Shown here in pieces: positions 1-11,600 of a stretch of 64,000 bases of DNA. A program made the position numbers and the translations under genes. Origin of the DNA: Macrostomum lignano (Eukaryota); NCBI GenBank assembly GCA_002269645.1, contig NIVC01001066.1, forward strand, positions 62,001 to 126,000, written 5' to 3'. How positions within the stretch are numbered: the stretch's first letter is position 1; every line of letters starts with the position of its first letter. The notes beneath the pieces were generated by a model. That model searched no databases, was not told the origin of the DNA, and was given only the letters and a program-made list of their open reading frames with translations.

Positions 1-339
1 GCTTGTGCATGAAAATTTGCCTGGAGTTGGTGGGAATTCTGGCTCATGAAGGCCAATCTCCAAGACACCGTGCGTATATTCCTGAAAATGAGTAAGTCAG
101 GGCCGCTGTGTACCTTGTACACCCTGCGTGAACATGTGCCCCGTACATATCTGTGTTTGTGCGCTCAGATGTCAGGGCAATGGGCATGGCTGCTTGCCTC
201 CTTGCGGGCTGCAAGTTGACTGTCGCCTGAGATTTGAGGCAATTACCCGAAGTCCCTGCAAACTAAGTAACGCTAATGATAGTATAAAAGGCTAATATAA
301 GATTATATGCCGGGATTTATCGGTAGAATTGGGTATCCG

Positions 340-560
340 TGGCGCTGGCATGTCATAAGGCAGTCGACGAAACGCCGAGTATTACGGGGTCAGTACCGGC
401 TGTGAAAAGTAGCCTGCTAGCTGGAGTCGCAACAGGTGGTCTAAGACAGGCCAATAGGTTCGCCGGAGTCCTTGTCTCGGGAATTGATGCAACAGCACGG
501 TCTCGACTACGACCGTCTCGTACCGTCCGAAACAACGACGCTCTCTGGTGGTTAGATAGA
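340..560 (-). mobile_element. Degenerate non-LTR retrotransposon (RTE-like) 3' remnant
   Basis: The minus-strand translation contains 'VVETVLL' and 'LLRLQLAG...QPV', resembling the post-RT C-terminal motifs of RTE-type LINEs. It has a stop and an apparent internal deletion. Recognition is from memory of the family only. Confidence 0.35.
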
Positions 561-1721
561 TAAATAGATCTGTTGTGATGTTAAACATGAATCAATGTAG
601 ACCCGCTCTCTCTGAGATTCTTCCTTCACTCACTCAATTCACGCGCTCTGGTTACACCAAACGGGAACGGCTTCTTTTGTAAAACCAAGAAAATAAAATG
701 TAACAAAACTTTAGCAGAAAGTTTTAGGAGAAAAATCAACAGTTCACGATTATGACACAGAAAACCTAATGAAAGGTACGATTGTGACAATTTGGTTTGC
801 AATGCGAATGCAGTGAAATATCCAAAGCAGAAAAGTGGAGGAAAAAAGCCCGGAGAGGAAAACTTCATGCAGATAAGAGTATACAAAGAATTGTCTCTGT
901 CGCTGATGTGGAAGGTGAAAAACTGCAACTGACGAGAGCTACCCTGCTGCTCAGTCGGTGCGGTGGGTAGTGAAGTGGTTGAGGAGTGGAAGACAAGGCG
1001 TATGCATAGCTCGTTTACATCGCAAAAGTTGCTTGTTGGCGGCACACGCCAAATTTCGGCCTTGGAGAGCATGTTCGCGGTGCGTGCCCTGGCCTAGCCC
1101 TGGCGGTGGCTTGAGACGACAGAAAATAGCAACTATAGGTCTGATCGCTTCAAGACCCACCAGCTGGTATTCTTGGACTATATTAACGCCGCGCATTGAG
1201 GTGCAAACACAGTGTATTGAGAGCTGATTAACCTGTCAATCAAGATTTATTGGCGAGTTGAGCAGGGCTCGCCAGTCTCGTCATGCGTATCGCTTCTCAG
1301 CCTTAACCTCCGCGTCCTTCTGCTCTGCGCTGACTCCTTGCCTCACCATTCACAATTTCTGGCTAACTCACCTTTTCCCAGCCCGACAACTGGTGTAGGT
1401 CAGCCTAGTGGGATATTCATAAAATGGCAAGGCGTTCCCTCCCTACTTCAAGGTGCTGCCGAGAGTGCTGAATGTTTGGGTACTCTAGTCTTTCAGCCGA
1501 ATACGATTTTCTGTAGCCAATCTTTACTTGTAATTTCTTTTCTGTCTCGTTGATAATAACTCAGGTGTTGGCAGCTCAAGAAACGCTGAGTCCTCAAAGC
1601 AGGATAGAAGGATATATGGTTAAAGAAGGGTGCGGGTTAAGGATGCAGACAAGGATATTAAGGATACGGCTGCACAGGTAAGAAACACAATAGACGCTTG
1701 AGTCTACTCTCGGATCTGTAT

Positions 1722-3134
1722 TTGCACAGCAGCCAAGTGAAAAAAATGATCCTTGCCAACACTCCCAACCCTGCAGTCTGCGCGTGGCGTTACCTTTTCG
1801 GTTTCTTTTCAGCACCTCATTTGCATAAAGTGCACGCCGAATGTCGTGGTGAAGTTCTTGAACGTTCGGAGAGATGGCGCTTAGTTGTTTTTTTCCGAAT
1901 TCGGCTATTTAACAAGGTTAGCAGTCTACAATGTAAGGAAAGGATCTGCGAAGCTAATCAAGCCTTACTTCATCGTGCTAATAATAGCGCACACTAAAAG
2001 ATGATGCTCCAAGGAAGATACAAGCCACTCTCCGATCGTCTCGTAATAAGTAGGAGGAAAGATAGGTTTGGGGCAAATTTTTGTTGATTCATACGAACGT
2101 ATGAGATTATAGTAACTAAAAAATGAACAAACAAGAAGACGAATAGGGACATTGGGAGTTCCGTCAACTGGGTCACTCGATCTTTCCAGCTGGTCCGTCT
2201 CTCAGAGTCAAATGCAGACTGCTTCTGCTGCTACTGCTGAAATGTCACGCGCGCCGAACTTCTGCATTAGTCAGTCAAAGCGCTGAGTCTGTCTTCAAAA
2301 TAGACGACAAACTGAAGACAAGAAGACGGACTTGATCGATGCCGTTCGCCAAAGTCTGCATGGAAATCATCCGCAGTGGCAGCCACAGCGCACGCAACCG
2401 AGCTCAGGGCCATGCAAACCTAGCATTATCGAAAAGCTGCTACCCAATCCGATATCTGTTCACGAATGCTTTGCAATGTCGTATTAACTTTATTTAAAGC
2501 TGTTTCGCGCTACTGCAGACATCTCGCGGTTATAATTAATTTGATCTTTGATTTATTAGGCAAAAAATTATACCCTCCTGACTGACTAACATCAATAATG
2601 TTGCCGGCGGATTTCGACGTGAATCAGAGGAACCAGAGTTTTTTATTGACGATCTCGCAACAGTCTAGGAACCACTTCATGGTTTTCAGCCAGCCAGTTG
2701 CAGCAACGATATGCCTCCTCATTGTTCTAGTTTTTTTACGAGCTACCTTATCTGAAGTGGCTTCACTGGATAGTTTAAATAACCAATGCAACGATTTTTC
2801 TCATTTGTTTGTCTTATAAAGGAAGTCTAATTTGGTTTCATTTTAGTACGAGCGGGTTTCCAGCATATAGATAACATTTAGCATGCTACGAGCTTCCTTA
2901 CATTGTAGACTGCTAACCTTGTTAAATAGCCGAATTCGGAAAAAAAACAAATAAGCGCCATCTCTCCGAACGTTCAAGAACTTCACCACGACATTCAGCG
3001 TGCACTTTATCAGTAAAGCATGCATGCAAATGAGGTGCTGAAAAGGAACCGAAAAGGTAACGCCACGCGCAGACTGCAGGGGTGTTGGTAGTGTTGGCAA
3101 GGATCAAATTTTTTTCACTTGGCTGCTGTGCAAA
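1722..3134. mobile_element. Foldback/MITE-like element: long inverted arms (~1722-1940 and ~2894-3134) around a ~950 bp spacer
   Basis: The ~220-240 bp block 'tttgcacagcagccaagtgaaaaaaa...cagtctacaatgtaaggaa' recurs as a reverse complement. ORFs 1698..1997(+) and 2922..3107(-) encode near-identical peptides. No TSD identified. Confidence 0.6.
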
Positions 3135-4745
3135 GTATTCTCAAGATACAAGAAGTACACTTTCCTTCTACTTCAATACGAGAGTACTGCATAGTTCATA
3201 TATATTTATCATCCTTGCTGCATTGCAATCCTCCGAGGCTGTCATTGTCACCGCTAAAAGCAGCTTGAGGCTTTAAAAATAGTTATACGAGCTATAGTCA
3301 AAAGTCAGCCAGTCTGCTTGGGCTTAAAGTTTGATAAGAAGTAGGGCATTAGCATAATGGCTGATCCCCTCAATAGAGATTAGGTCGGTCCCTTCTCGTT
3401 CTCAATCAGGATTTACTGCCATTCAAAGAGAGAGTAGTCAAAGCCGAAATCTCTTTTCCTATTCGCGCATCGAAAAATTGGATTCCGCAGCTGTCACAGG
3501 TGACAAAATGCGTGGGTCGCAGCGATAATCTCTCGAATGGTAACTGCAGGACTAACTGCTCACTTTTAAGGTTAGCCATCTTAGACTTAGAGTGCCGCTA
3601 TTCACTCTAGAGTGCATCACTTTAAAGGTGATTTTCTATTGTTCAATTCTCTGAAGCACCTTCACAGCGTCGACGCAGCAGGCGTCTTGTTTGACAATAA
3701 ATTGACGTCTTCATTTCAAATCCAATACGATGACCGACAGAGCTTGTATCTCGATCGAACAGTTTGCTATCAAACGAGGCCAATTTTTAACTAGCCACGA
3801 CACTGGCTTGTACTTCGTCGATTCGTACATCAGCGCCTGGGATCTAATGTTGAATTTGAATGCTACACTCTAACCAGTCTTGCTCTGATTACCACCGGTC
3901 AACTACTAGCTTGTACATTTATATCGATTACTCCAGAAAGGATCCCAATTTCATTTGAGACTCAAACGTGCTCTCTAGTCTGTCTTTTGACTTTGTTGAT
4001 TGATGAAATCCAACCGAGGTTTTTCGACTATCGTCTGTGCCCTGAACTCAAATCATTATAGCGACTGGGTCAATCATTAGTGAGTTGATCATAAAGCGAC
4101 CGTGGACGCTGAACAAAGGACAAAGAAGGATGCCAGCAGCAACATCTTTCAGAAAAATCATGGTCAAGCATCGATTTCCATGTAGTTAAGATCAGAATTA
4201 TCAAATTGCTTGCCTCCTCCCATCTGTCTGTTGTCAACTGGGAATTCTCAACTTGGTTGGCTTAGCAAAGATTTATATCTCAAATGAAACAGGGCCTAAA
4301 TATCTGTGCTGAAGTGCAGAAAACGACCCTTCCGGCCTCTCAGACCTTTTATCATCAAATTGTTCCTGCTTATCTGAGCAGTGACTTAAAATGGTTCCTA
4401 ATGTCGCATCATTCTTTTTGTTAATTCAATCGCTGTTTACTATCCTTCTGTCTACTATCCATTATTGATTTTGATATTCCAGAACTTTCAGCCTTATTTT
4501 GAAAATATATATGCTTGCACTTCCGCGCAGTTTGTATTGGAGCCAGCCAGCTCTTACCACGACTTAAATTATGCCGCGCCTGTTCACTTGGCTCATTAAT
4601 TATTAATTATTTCATTTTAGCCAGCAATATACGCTCGTAGATGAAACTTTTCTACAGGGCTTGATCCGGGTTTAAGCAGGAGTAAAAAAGAACGCAACAG
4701 TGCCAAATTGACCTAATTAGTGGGAATATTTTTGTTGAAGTGATG

Positions 4746-5530
4746 CACTCACTGACTTGGTGAATGATTCACTCACTGGCTTGGTGAATGATTCACTCCC
4801 TGGCTTGGTGAATGATTCACTCCCTGGCTTGGTGAATGATTCGCTCACTGGCTTGGTGAATGATTCGCTCACTGGCTTGGTGAATGATTCGCTCACTGAT
4901 TTGGTGAATGATTCACTCACTGACTTGATGAATCATTCGCTCACTGATTTGGTAAATTATTCACTCACTGATTTGGTGAATCATTCAATCACTGATTTGG
5001 TGAATGATTCACTCACTGATTGAATGATTTGCTCACTGATTTGGTGAAGAATTCGCTGACTGACTTGGTGAATGATTCACTCACTGATTGAATGATTCGC
5101 TCACTGATTTGGTGGATGATTCACTCACTGACTTTGTGAATGATTCACTCACTGATTGAATGATTCACTCACTGATTGAATGATTCGCTCACTGATTTGG
5201 TGAATGATTCACTCACTGACTTTGTGAACGATTCACTCACTGACTTTGTGAATGATTCACTCACTGATTGAATGATTCGCTCACTGATTTGGTGAATGAT
5301 TCGCTCACTGATTGAATGATTCACTCACTGATTTGGTGAATGATTCACTCACTGACTTGGTGAACGATTCACTCACTGACTTGGTGAATGATTCACTCAC
5401 TGACTTGGTGAATGATTCACTCACTGACTTGGTGAACGATTCACTCACTGACTTGGTGAATGATTCACTCACTTATTTGGTGAATGATTCACTCACTGAC
5501 TTGGTGAATGATTTACTCTCTGATTTGGTG
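4746..5530. repeat. 24-bp minisatellite (ctcactgacttggtgaatgattca) with 20-bp variants
   Basis: Directly visible tandem units; they give rise to the LVNDSLTD/ESFTKSVS pseudo-ORFs. Confidence 0.95.
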
Positions 5531-6879
5531 AATGGTTCTCTATTTGTTCCCTTATCATTTCCTTCACACTGGAAGATGACGTCATTCAGAAAGCTGTCCT
5601 CGAAGTGCTGCTGCTGTTGTTTGAACTTTTGCTTCTTCTTCCAAAAAGGGGCAAAGCCCAATTTCCTTTTGCTTAGCCTCTTGTATTCATGTCGCTACAG
5701 CGTTCTCAGTGTGGTGCGAAATTTAATACACAAGACTGCGAACAGAACATAGTCTCATTATTCTGGCCCAGTAAAACAAATGACTGATAGCAACATAGCC
5801 AAGGGGAGATTCTGGGTAGATTAGTCCCTGATCGAGATGGATTGTATCGGCTAGGGTCTGCAGGTATTGGATGGGAGAAATTGACTTGTCTGAAATCTGG
5901 CCCTGCTGGAAATCCGATTACCAGACAGCCTGTTGGCTCTGGTTCGTGACTGAGTTAGTCAGGAAAGGGTAGGGATCTGGGATCGGGATCTGGGATCGGG
6001 ATCTGGATCGTAAAACATTGAGTCTGCAAATGAAACTTCAATTTTTATAGTGAATCTACATATTTAATAAAGGTTTACTTGGAACAATTATTTATTGCTT
6101 TATAAAAGGTGACTCCAGCTGACCAAAAGACATTATTGCCATATTTGCAAGCCAAAAAAGGTAAAAAAACAGTCTGTTTAAAAAAGCTGTATCCTAAAAT
6201 CAGATTCTACACATAGAGCTACTGTATAAGCGGAAAATAAAACGAAAAAAAATGAAACGAAAAATAAATACCAAAAGGAATATTGGGCAGTTAGTTTTGT
6301 TCGCTTAAACTTGAATAGCGCCTGTTTGCGTCTAGCAAAAATAAATATTAATGATCGAAAACTGCTACTGTAAAGTAGATAGTCAAGTAGCAATATAAGC
6401 GCATTTGTTCAGACTGATTTGGAATGTGATGATTAAGGAATGCACAGTTCTGAGTCAGGACTAGCCAATTTAGAGTTCGACTTTCGTATCGTTTAAAAAA
6501 CTGCTTAAAAAAGAAAATGAAAATTGGTGCAAAATAAGTATCTATAAAATGTAATAACGTGGCAAGGTTTCAGCTGTATACTACACAATTCAACTGCGTT
6601 TTTGGGCATAATTGTGAACATTTTATTTAGTTGGAGTTGTTGCCTTTCTGGATTTGACCATAGACGATTAAGAGAGTTACCATTTCAGTATATAGGATCG
6701 TACCATAGACATTCTGCATAAGCTACACTTTATGAGCGAAGGACGGAGTCACTACCATAGACTATTCTTTGTTTTCTTGAAATAAATTTCGAAAATTACT
6801 GGGCAGTTAATGGTTTTAATAGTTTTTGCCATAGACAGTTCGTTGTATTAACTAATTTTAAACTGATGTTATCGAAAAA

Positions 6880-7128
6880 GGGGTTGCAGCCTAGTGGTTA
6901 GCTAGAGCGTCGGATTCACGACTGAAAGGTCGGGGGTTCGATTTTTCTCGACCCACTCCGGAACAATTTGTGTCCTTGAGCAAGGACACAAGCTGTAAAG
7001 CTGTAGCTGGAGTAGTTAAGGCTGTGTGTGGCGACCCCCCAGTCCCTGGACTGAACAGCCGTACGCAGCCTTCAGATGCGCCGCGCAATTGCTGCGGCTG
7101 AGCTGTCGGTTGCACATCTGGCCATTGG
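6880..7128 (+). mobile_element. tRNA-derived SINE, copy 1
   Basis: The tRNA-like head has an A box (tagtggtta..gagc) and a B box (ggttcgatt), followed by the 'tgtgtccttgagcaaggacac' hairpin. The body matches the reverse complement of 47032-47306. Confidence 0.85.
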
Positions 7129-7795
7129 GTGATACCAATGATATGGCCATGGCCATGGTACTACAAACAAAACGATTTTCACTTATTCCAGGAAAAACTG
7201 TTTAAAAGGTATATTATACAAGTCACAAGAACTGGAATGTAATTAAGTATATTAACGCTATATACCATTTGCCTTTGCAAATCTAAGTTCCATAGCTAGC
7301 TAGAGGCCAATTAAAGTTAAAATCGTTAAACTTAATTTTTATGGGGAAATTTTACATTTTCTAGTTTCAATGATTTCATAGTGAAACTTCTAACCTGAAG
7401 TCTTTAAAAAATTGATGCAATCAACTTTTTCTGCTTTGATTGACATTGGAGCTTGCATTGGCAAAAGCAAATAAATAATGGTACTGACATGGATAGGCAA
7501 CTATTTACACTGAAGGAATACTTTATAGCAATAATAATATTAATAACAACAAACCAATCAGTATTCAACTGTGCGGTACATTTCAAAATAAGTGTCAGAA
7601 TTAACAGCATAATAACCAGTACAAGAATACCAAACTTTAGAATGAATACAGCTCCATCCATTCACATTGCCATCCAGAAACTTTCATTGAAGATAGCCAC
7701 GAACTGAAAATTAGTTTAAGGATTAATTTAGTGAGCAATTAGTGCATTGTTATTTGTTGTTTTCATTCTACCTGGCTCTAGATATGAGTCTGGAC

Positions 7796-8249
7796 CACAG
7801 ATACTAGAATAACTAGATGGGCCACTCAGCACATTTGCGTGTAAGCTACTTTCAGTTCAGTAGCAAGTTAAACAGAAGCATTTTAATGTATTTTTAAAGC
7901 CAAGGCTTATTTATTGACTCTTACCCCGCTTTAAACCCTCTAACTGTGCCTTTCCACACTAAACCCCCCCCCGCCCCGCCCCCAATTTAATTGCCTTTCT
8001 CGGGGGAATTCCAGCCTAAAGCTGCCATGTACATTTCAGTGGACTGGCCAATGTACATTATTGCTGAATCAATTAGCAAGTTGTTTACGGCTGCAAGCTT
8101 GGGCTTCTAAACTTATTAAAGTCATTTCAGTTGCCTTTATTTTTATAAAATAAAGCTTATATATTCTTCTTTGCTACTGAACTGAAAGTAGAAATGTTTT
8201 ACTAAGTATATACGCCTGAGTGGCCCATGTAGCTATTTTAGTATCTAAG
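7796..8249. mobile_element. hAT-type MITE, copy 1
   Basis: Long imperfect TIRs (cacagatacta...ggccactcag / ctgagtggccc...tagtatct) and a perfect 8-bp TSD 'gtctggac' at 7788-7795 and 8250-8257. A second copy lies in the opposite orientation at 24974-25428. Confidence 0.85.
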
Positions 8250-8344
8250 GTCTGGACTGGGATGGCTTTTCCAGATCCTCATTTTTCACAGGAAATGACA
8301 CAGCAAAGGGGATCGTTTAAAGACATCAAATATATCGATGTTAC

Positions 8345-8640
8345 CATTCCAGATTCTAGGTCTAGATCTCGTTGGCGCTATAGGCCTCTAGGCGTAGCTA
8401 CGCTATGGCTACTACTCCAGATTTTAGATCTAGATCTCCTTGACCTAGGCCTTTAGATGTATCTGCACTTTGGTTACTGCTCCAGATTCTGGGTCTAGAT
8501 CTCCTTGTCCAAGGACTTTTGATTCAGTAGCTGTATTTTGGTTACTGCTCCAGATTCTAGATCTAGATCTCCTTGTCCTAGGACTTTTGATTCAGTAGCT
8601 GTACAGTGGATACTGCTCCAGATTCTAGATCTAGATCTCC
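8345..8640. repeat. Degenerate ~59-bp tandem repeat rich in tctagatctaga palindromes
   Basis: Recurrent 'ctccagattctagatctagatctcctt' units immediately downstream of the PH-gene stop codon. Confidence 0.75.
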
Positions 8641-8667
8641 TTGAAACCGAATATTCCCAATCCTGAT

Positions 8668-11600
8668 TCAGCGGCCCGCCTCACCGGCCAGCCTGCTGGC
8701 CTCGGTGCCGACGTGCTCCCGCTCGGCCAAGGCCAGTTCGCGGCGGCGCCGCTCCTCGGCCAGCGACAGGCCGCCCAGCTCCTGCCGGGTGAACTCCTGC
8801 AGGCTGTAGCCAGCCAGCACCCGACGGATTCGAGCTTTTCGATCGGTAGCGGCGGCCGAGTCGTCGAATTCGGCATGGCTGACGTTATTTGGGCCGCGGA
8901 GCGCCATCGAGTTCAGCTGCTCCTGCACTGACACGGACTTGACGTGGCTGTTGGAGGCGTACCGGCGCTGCGGCAAGGGTGGCGGCTGCTGCTGCATTGG
9001 CCGGGGAGGCGGAACTTCTGGCGCGTTCAGCGAAGTCACAGAGAGGGCCTGCTCTACACGGGGTCTGCGATTGACTGCAATAGATTTGATTGGTAATTAT
9101 AGGGTATTTACTAGAGCGTGGAATTCATTTGTTTCATTACATACTACTAATAGTAGTTTTCAGTAGGCAAAATATTTTATTAAGTTTAGAAAAAAATTGT
9201 GCTTCTTTAAATAGCTAGAATTAAATGAGGGCTTTAAAAGAGCCCTTGTACGGGCTGAAGGGCTAAAATACTGATCAAATAAGACTGAAATTTCACATCG
9301 TAGAAAATTCAATATGAGGGCCGCCAAAGAACGCCAATAATTTTGCATGGTCCTTATTGTATTAAAGTTTCTACGATGTGAAATTGCGGCGTTATGAAAG
9401 TTTGGTATTTTGAAAGCGACCCAATTAAATACTCAGATCCTAGATGAAGAAGGTTCACACTGAATGGTTGTGAACAAGGTTCACACTGAATGGTTGTGAA
9501 CATGTGGCTTCTTTAAAATTCGCTCGTTCGAGCTTAACTTGTTCCAACAGCAAGGTCTAACTCCTTTTCACTGCGAAGCTCCCTAGAAACGAGCCTGGGA
9601 CCTCTTCAATAAAGCGATGCAAACGCTGGCTCACCTTCTGAATGACCGCCCACGCTCGGACGCAACGACGGGTTGCTGATGCCAGACGCGCCAAAGTATC
9701 CGCTCTCGCCGTCGGCCTCGCCGTAGTCGTAGCCGCTGAGGTCGACTGCGTTCAGCGCAGGCGTCGACACCGCCGCTCGAAGCGACGAAGCGGCAGACCG
9801 CGCTGTTGATGGGCCGGCGCCTCCGACGCCGCCTCCGGCAGCAATAAGTCGGCGAGGAAATTTAGCGGCCAAATCGATGCACTCGCCGGTGTCCAAGTCG
9901 GTCTCCAGGTAGGTGCCGCGGTTGCCAAGGCGTCTCCGATTGGCACCGGTGACGGCGACTGCCGCGGTGCCCCGCCTGCCCAGTTCGGCCATGAAGTCGG
10001 CGAGGCCGGACTTTCTGCGCCGGTGCTCAGCGTAGGCGGCCTCCAGCGCGGCCAGCTCGGATTCCAGGCGGCGGCGAGTCCGACGGAACTCTACGTCGCC
10101 GCTGTCGCCGCCGCCGGCAATGTCGATTTCAACGGTTGCAGCAGGGTCCGAAGACTGGCACTGGCGGGCGATCTCCATCTCCTGGCGGCGCCGCTGCCGC
10201 CCGATGACTGGGTTGGACGGCTTGGCCTGGCCCGGCTGCAGCAGGTGCCGCCGGTACTCGCTAGCGAATGCCAGATCGTCTCCCTGGTACATGGCGCCCA
10301 TGGCGATGATGTTGGCTATGAAGCTGAGCAGCGGCTCGCTCAGCTCCGCCTGCTGTTCGGCCTCGCGAATCTCCTGGCGCAGCCGTTCGGCCGTGGCGGA
10401 GGCGACCGGGTGGGAGCCGATGAGGCGGAGGCAGTGCTCGCGGCGACGCTCCAGGGCGGCCTTCTCCCGCTGCAGCTGGATGAGCAGCAGCAGCAGCTCG
10501 TCGTGCGGCTTGCCGAGCAGATCGGAGGCGGCGATGCTCATCCGCTTGGCCAGGCCGCTGACCGGGTAGCGGCGACGGATCTCCTCTAGGGGCGCCGTGG
10601 CCTGCCGATCGATGGGATACTCAGTGAGAGATACTCAGTGAGAGATACTCAGTGAGAGATACTCAGTGAGAGATACTCAATGAGAGATACTCAGTGAGAG
10701 ATACTCAATGAGAGATACTCAGTGAGAGATACTCAGTGAGAGATACTCAGTGAGAGATACTCAGTGAGAGTTACTCAGTGAGACATTCGCAATGAGAGAT
10801 ACTCAGTGAGAGATACTCAGTGAGAGATTCTCAATGAGAGATACCCAGTGAGAGATACTCAGTGAGAAATACTCAGTGAGAGATACTCAGTGAGAGATAC
10901 TCAATGAGAGATACTCAGTGAGAGATACTCAATGAGAGATAATCAATGAGAGATACTCAGTGAGAGATACTCAATGAGAGATAATCAATGAGAGATACTC
11001 AGTGAGAGATACTCAGTGAGAGATACTCAGTGAGAGATACTCAATGAGAGATACTCAGTGAGAGATACTCAATGAGAGATACTCAGTGAGAGATACTCAG
11101 TGAGAGATACTCAGTGAGAGATACTCAGTGAGAGATACTCAATGAGAGATACTCAGTGAGAGATACTCAATGAGAGATAATCAATGAGAGATACTCAGTG
11201 AGAGATACTCAGTGAGAGATAAGCAGTGAGGGATACCCAAGAGATAATCAGTCAGAGATACCCAATTAGAGATAATCAGTGAGAGATACCCAATGGGAGA
11301 TACTCAGTGAGGGATACCCAATGAGAGATACTTAGTGAGAGATACCCAGTGAGAAATACTCAGTGAGAAATACCCAATGAGAGATAATCTGTGAGATATA
11401 CCCAATGGGAGATACTCAGTGAGAGATACTCAGTGAGAGATACTCAGTGAGAGATACCCAGTGAGAAATATTCAGTGAGAGATACTCAATGAGAGATACC
11501 CAGTGAGAGATACTCAGTGAGGATACTCAATGAGAGATCTCAGTGAGAGATACTCAGTGAGAGATACTTAATGAGAGATCTCAGCGAGAGATACTTAATG

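Noticed and set aside
5473-5750. Possible extra last exon of the PH gene (RHEYKRLSKRKLGF...)
   Set aside because: Phase is incompatible with the candidate donor near 8685 or hits an immediate stop; the ORF already terminates at 8668.
6880-6950. tRNA gene
   Set aside because: No proper acceptor-stem 3' arm, and it continues into a SINE body shared with 47032-47306.
8641-10589. Plus-strand ORFs overlapping PH-gene exons, and similar ones over the SLC26 and LRR exons
   Set aside because: Antisense shadows of GC-rich coding exons.
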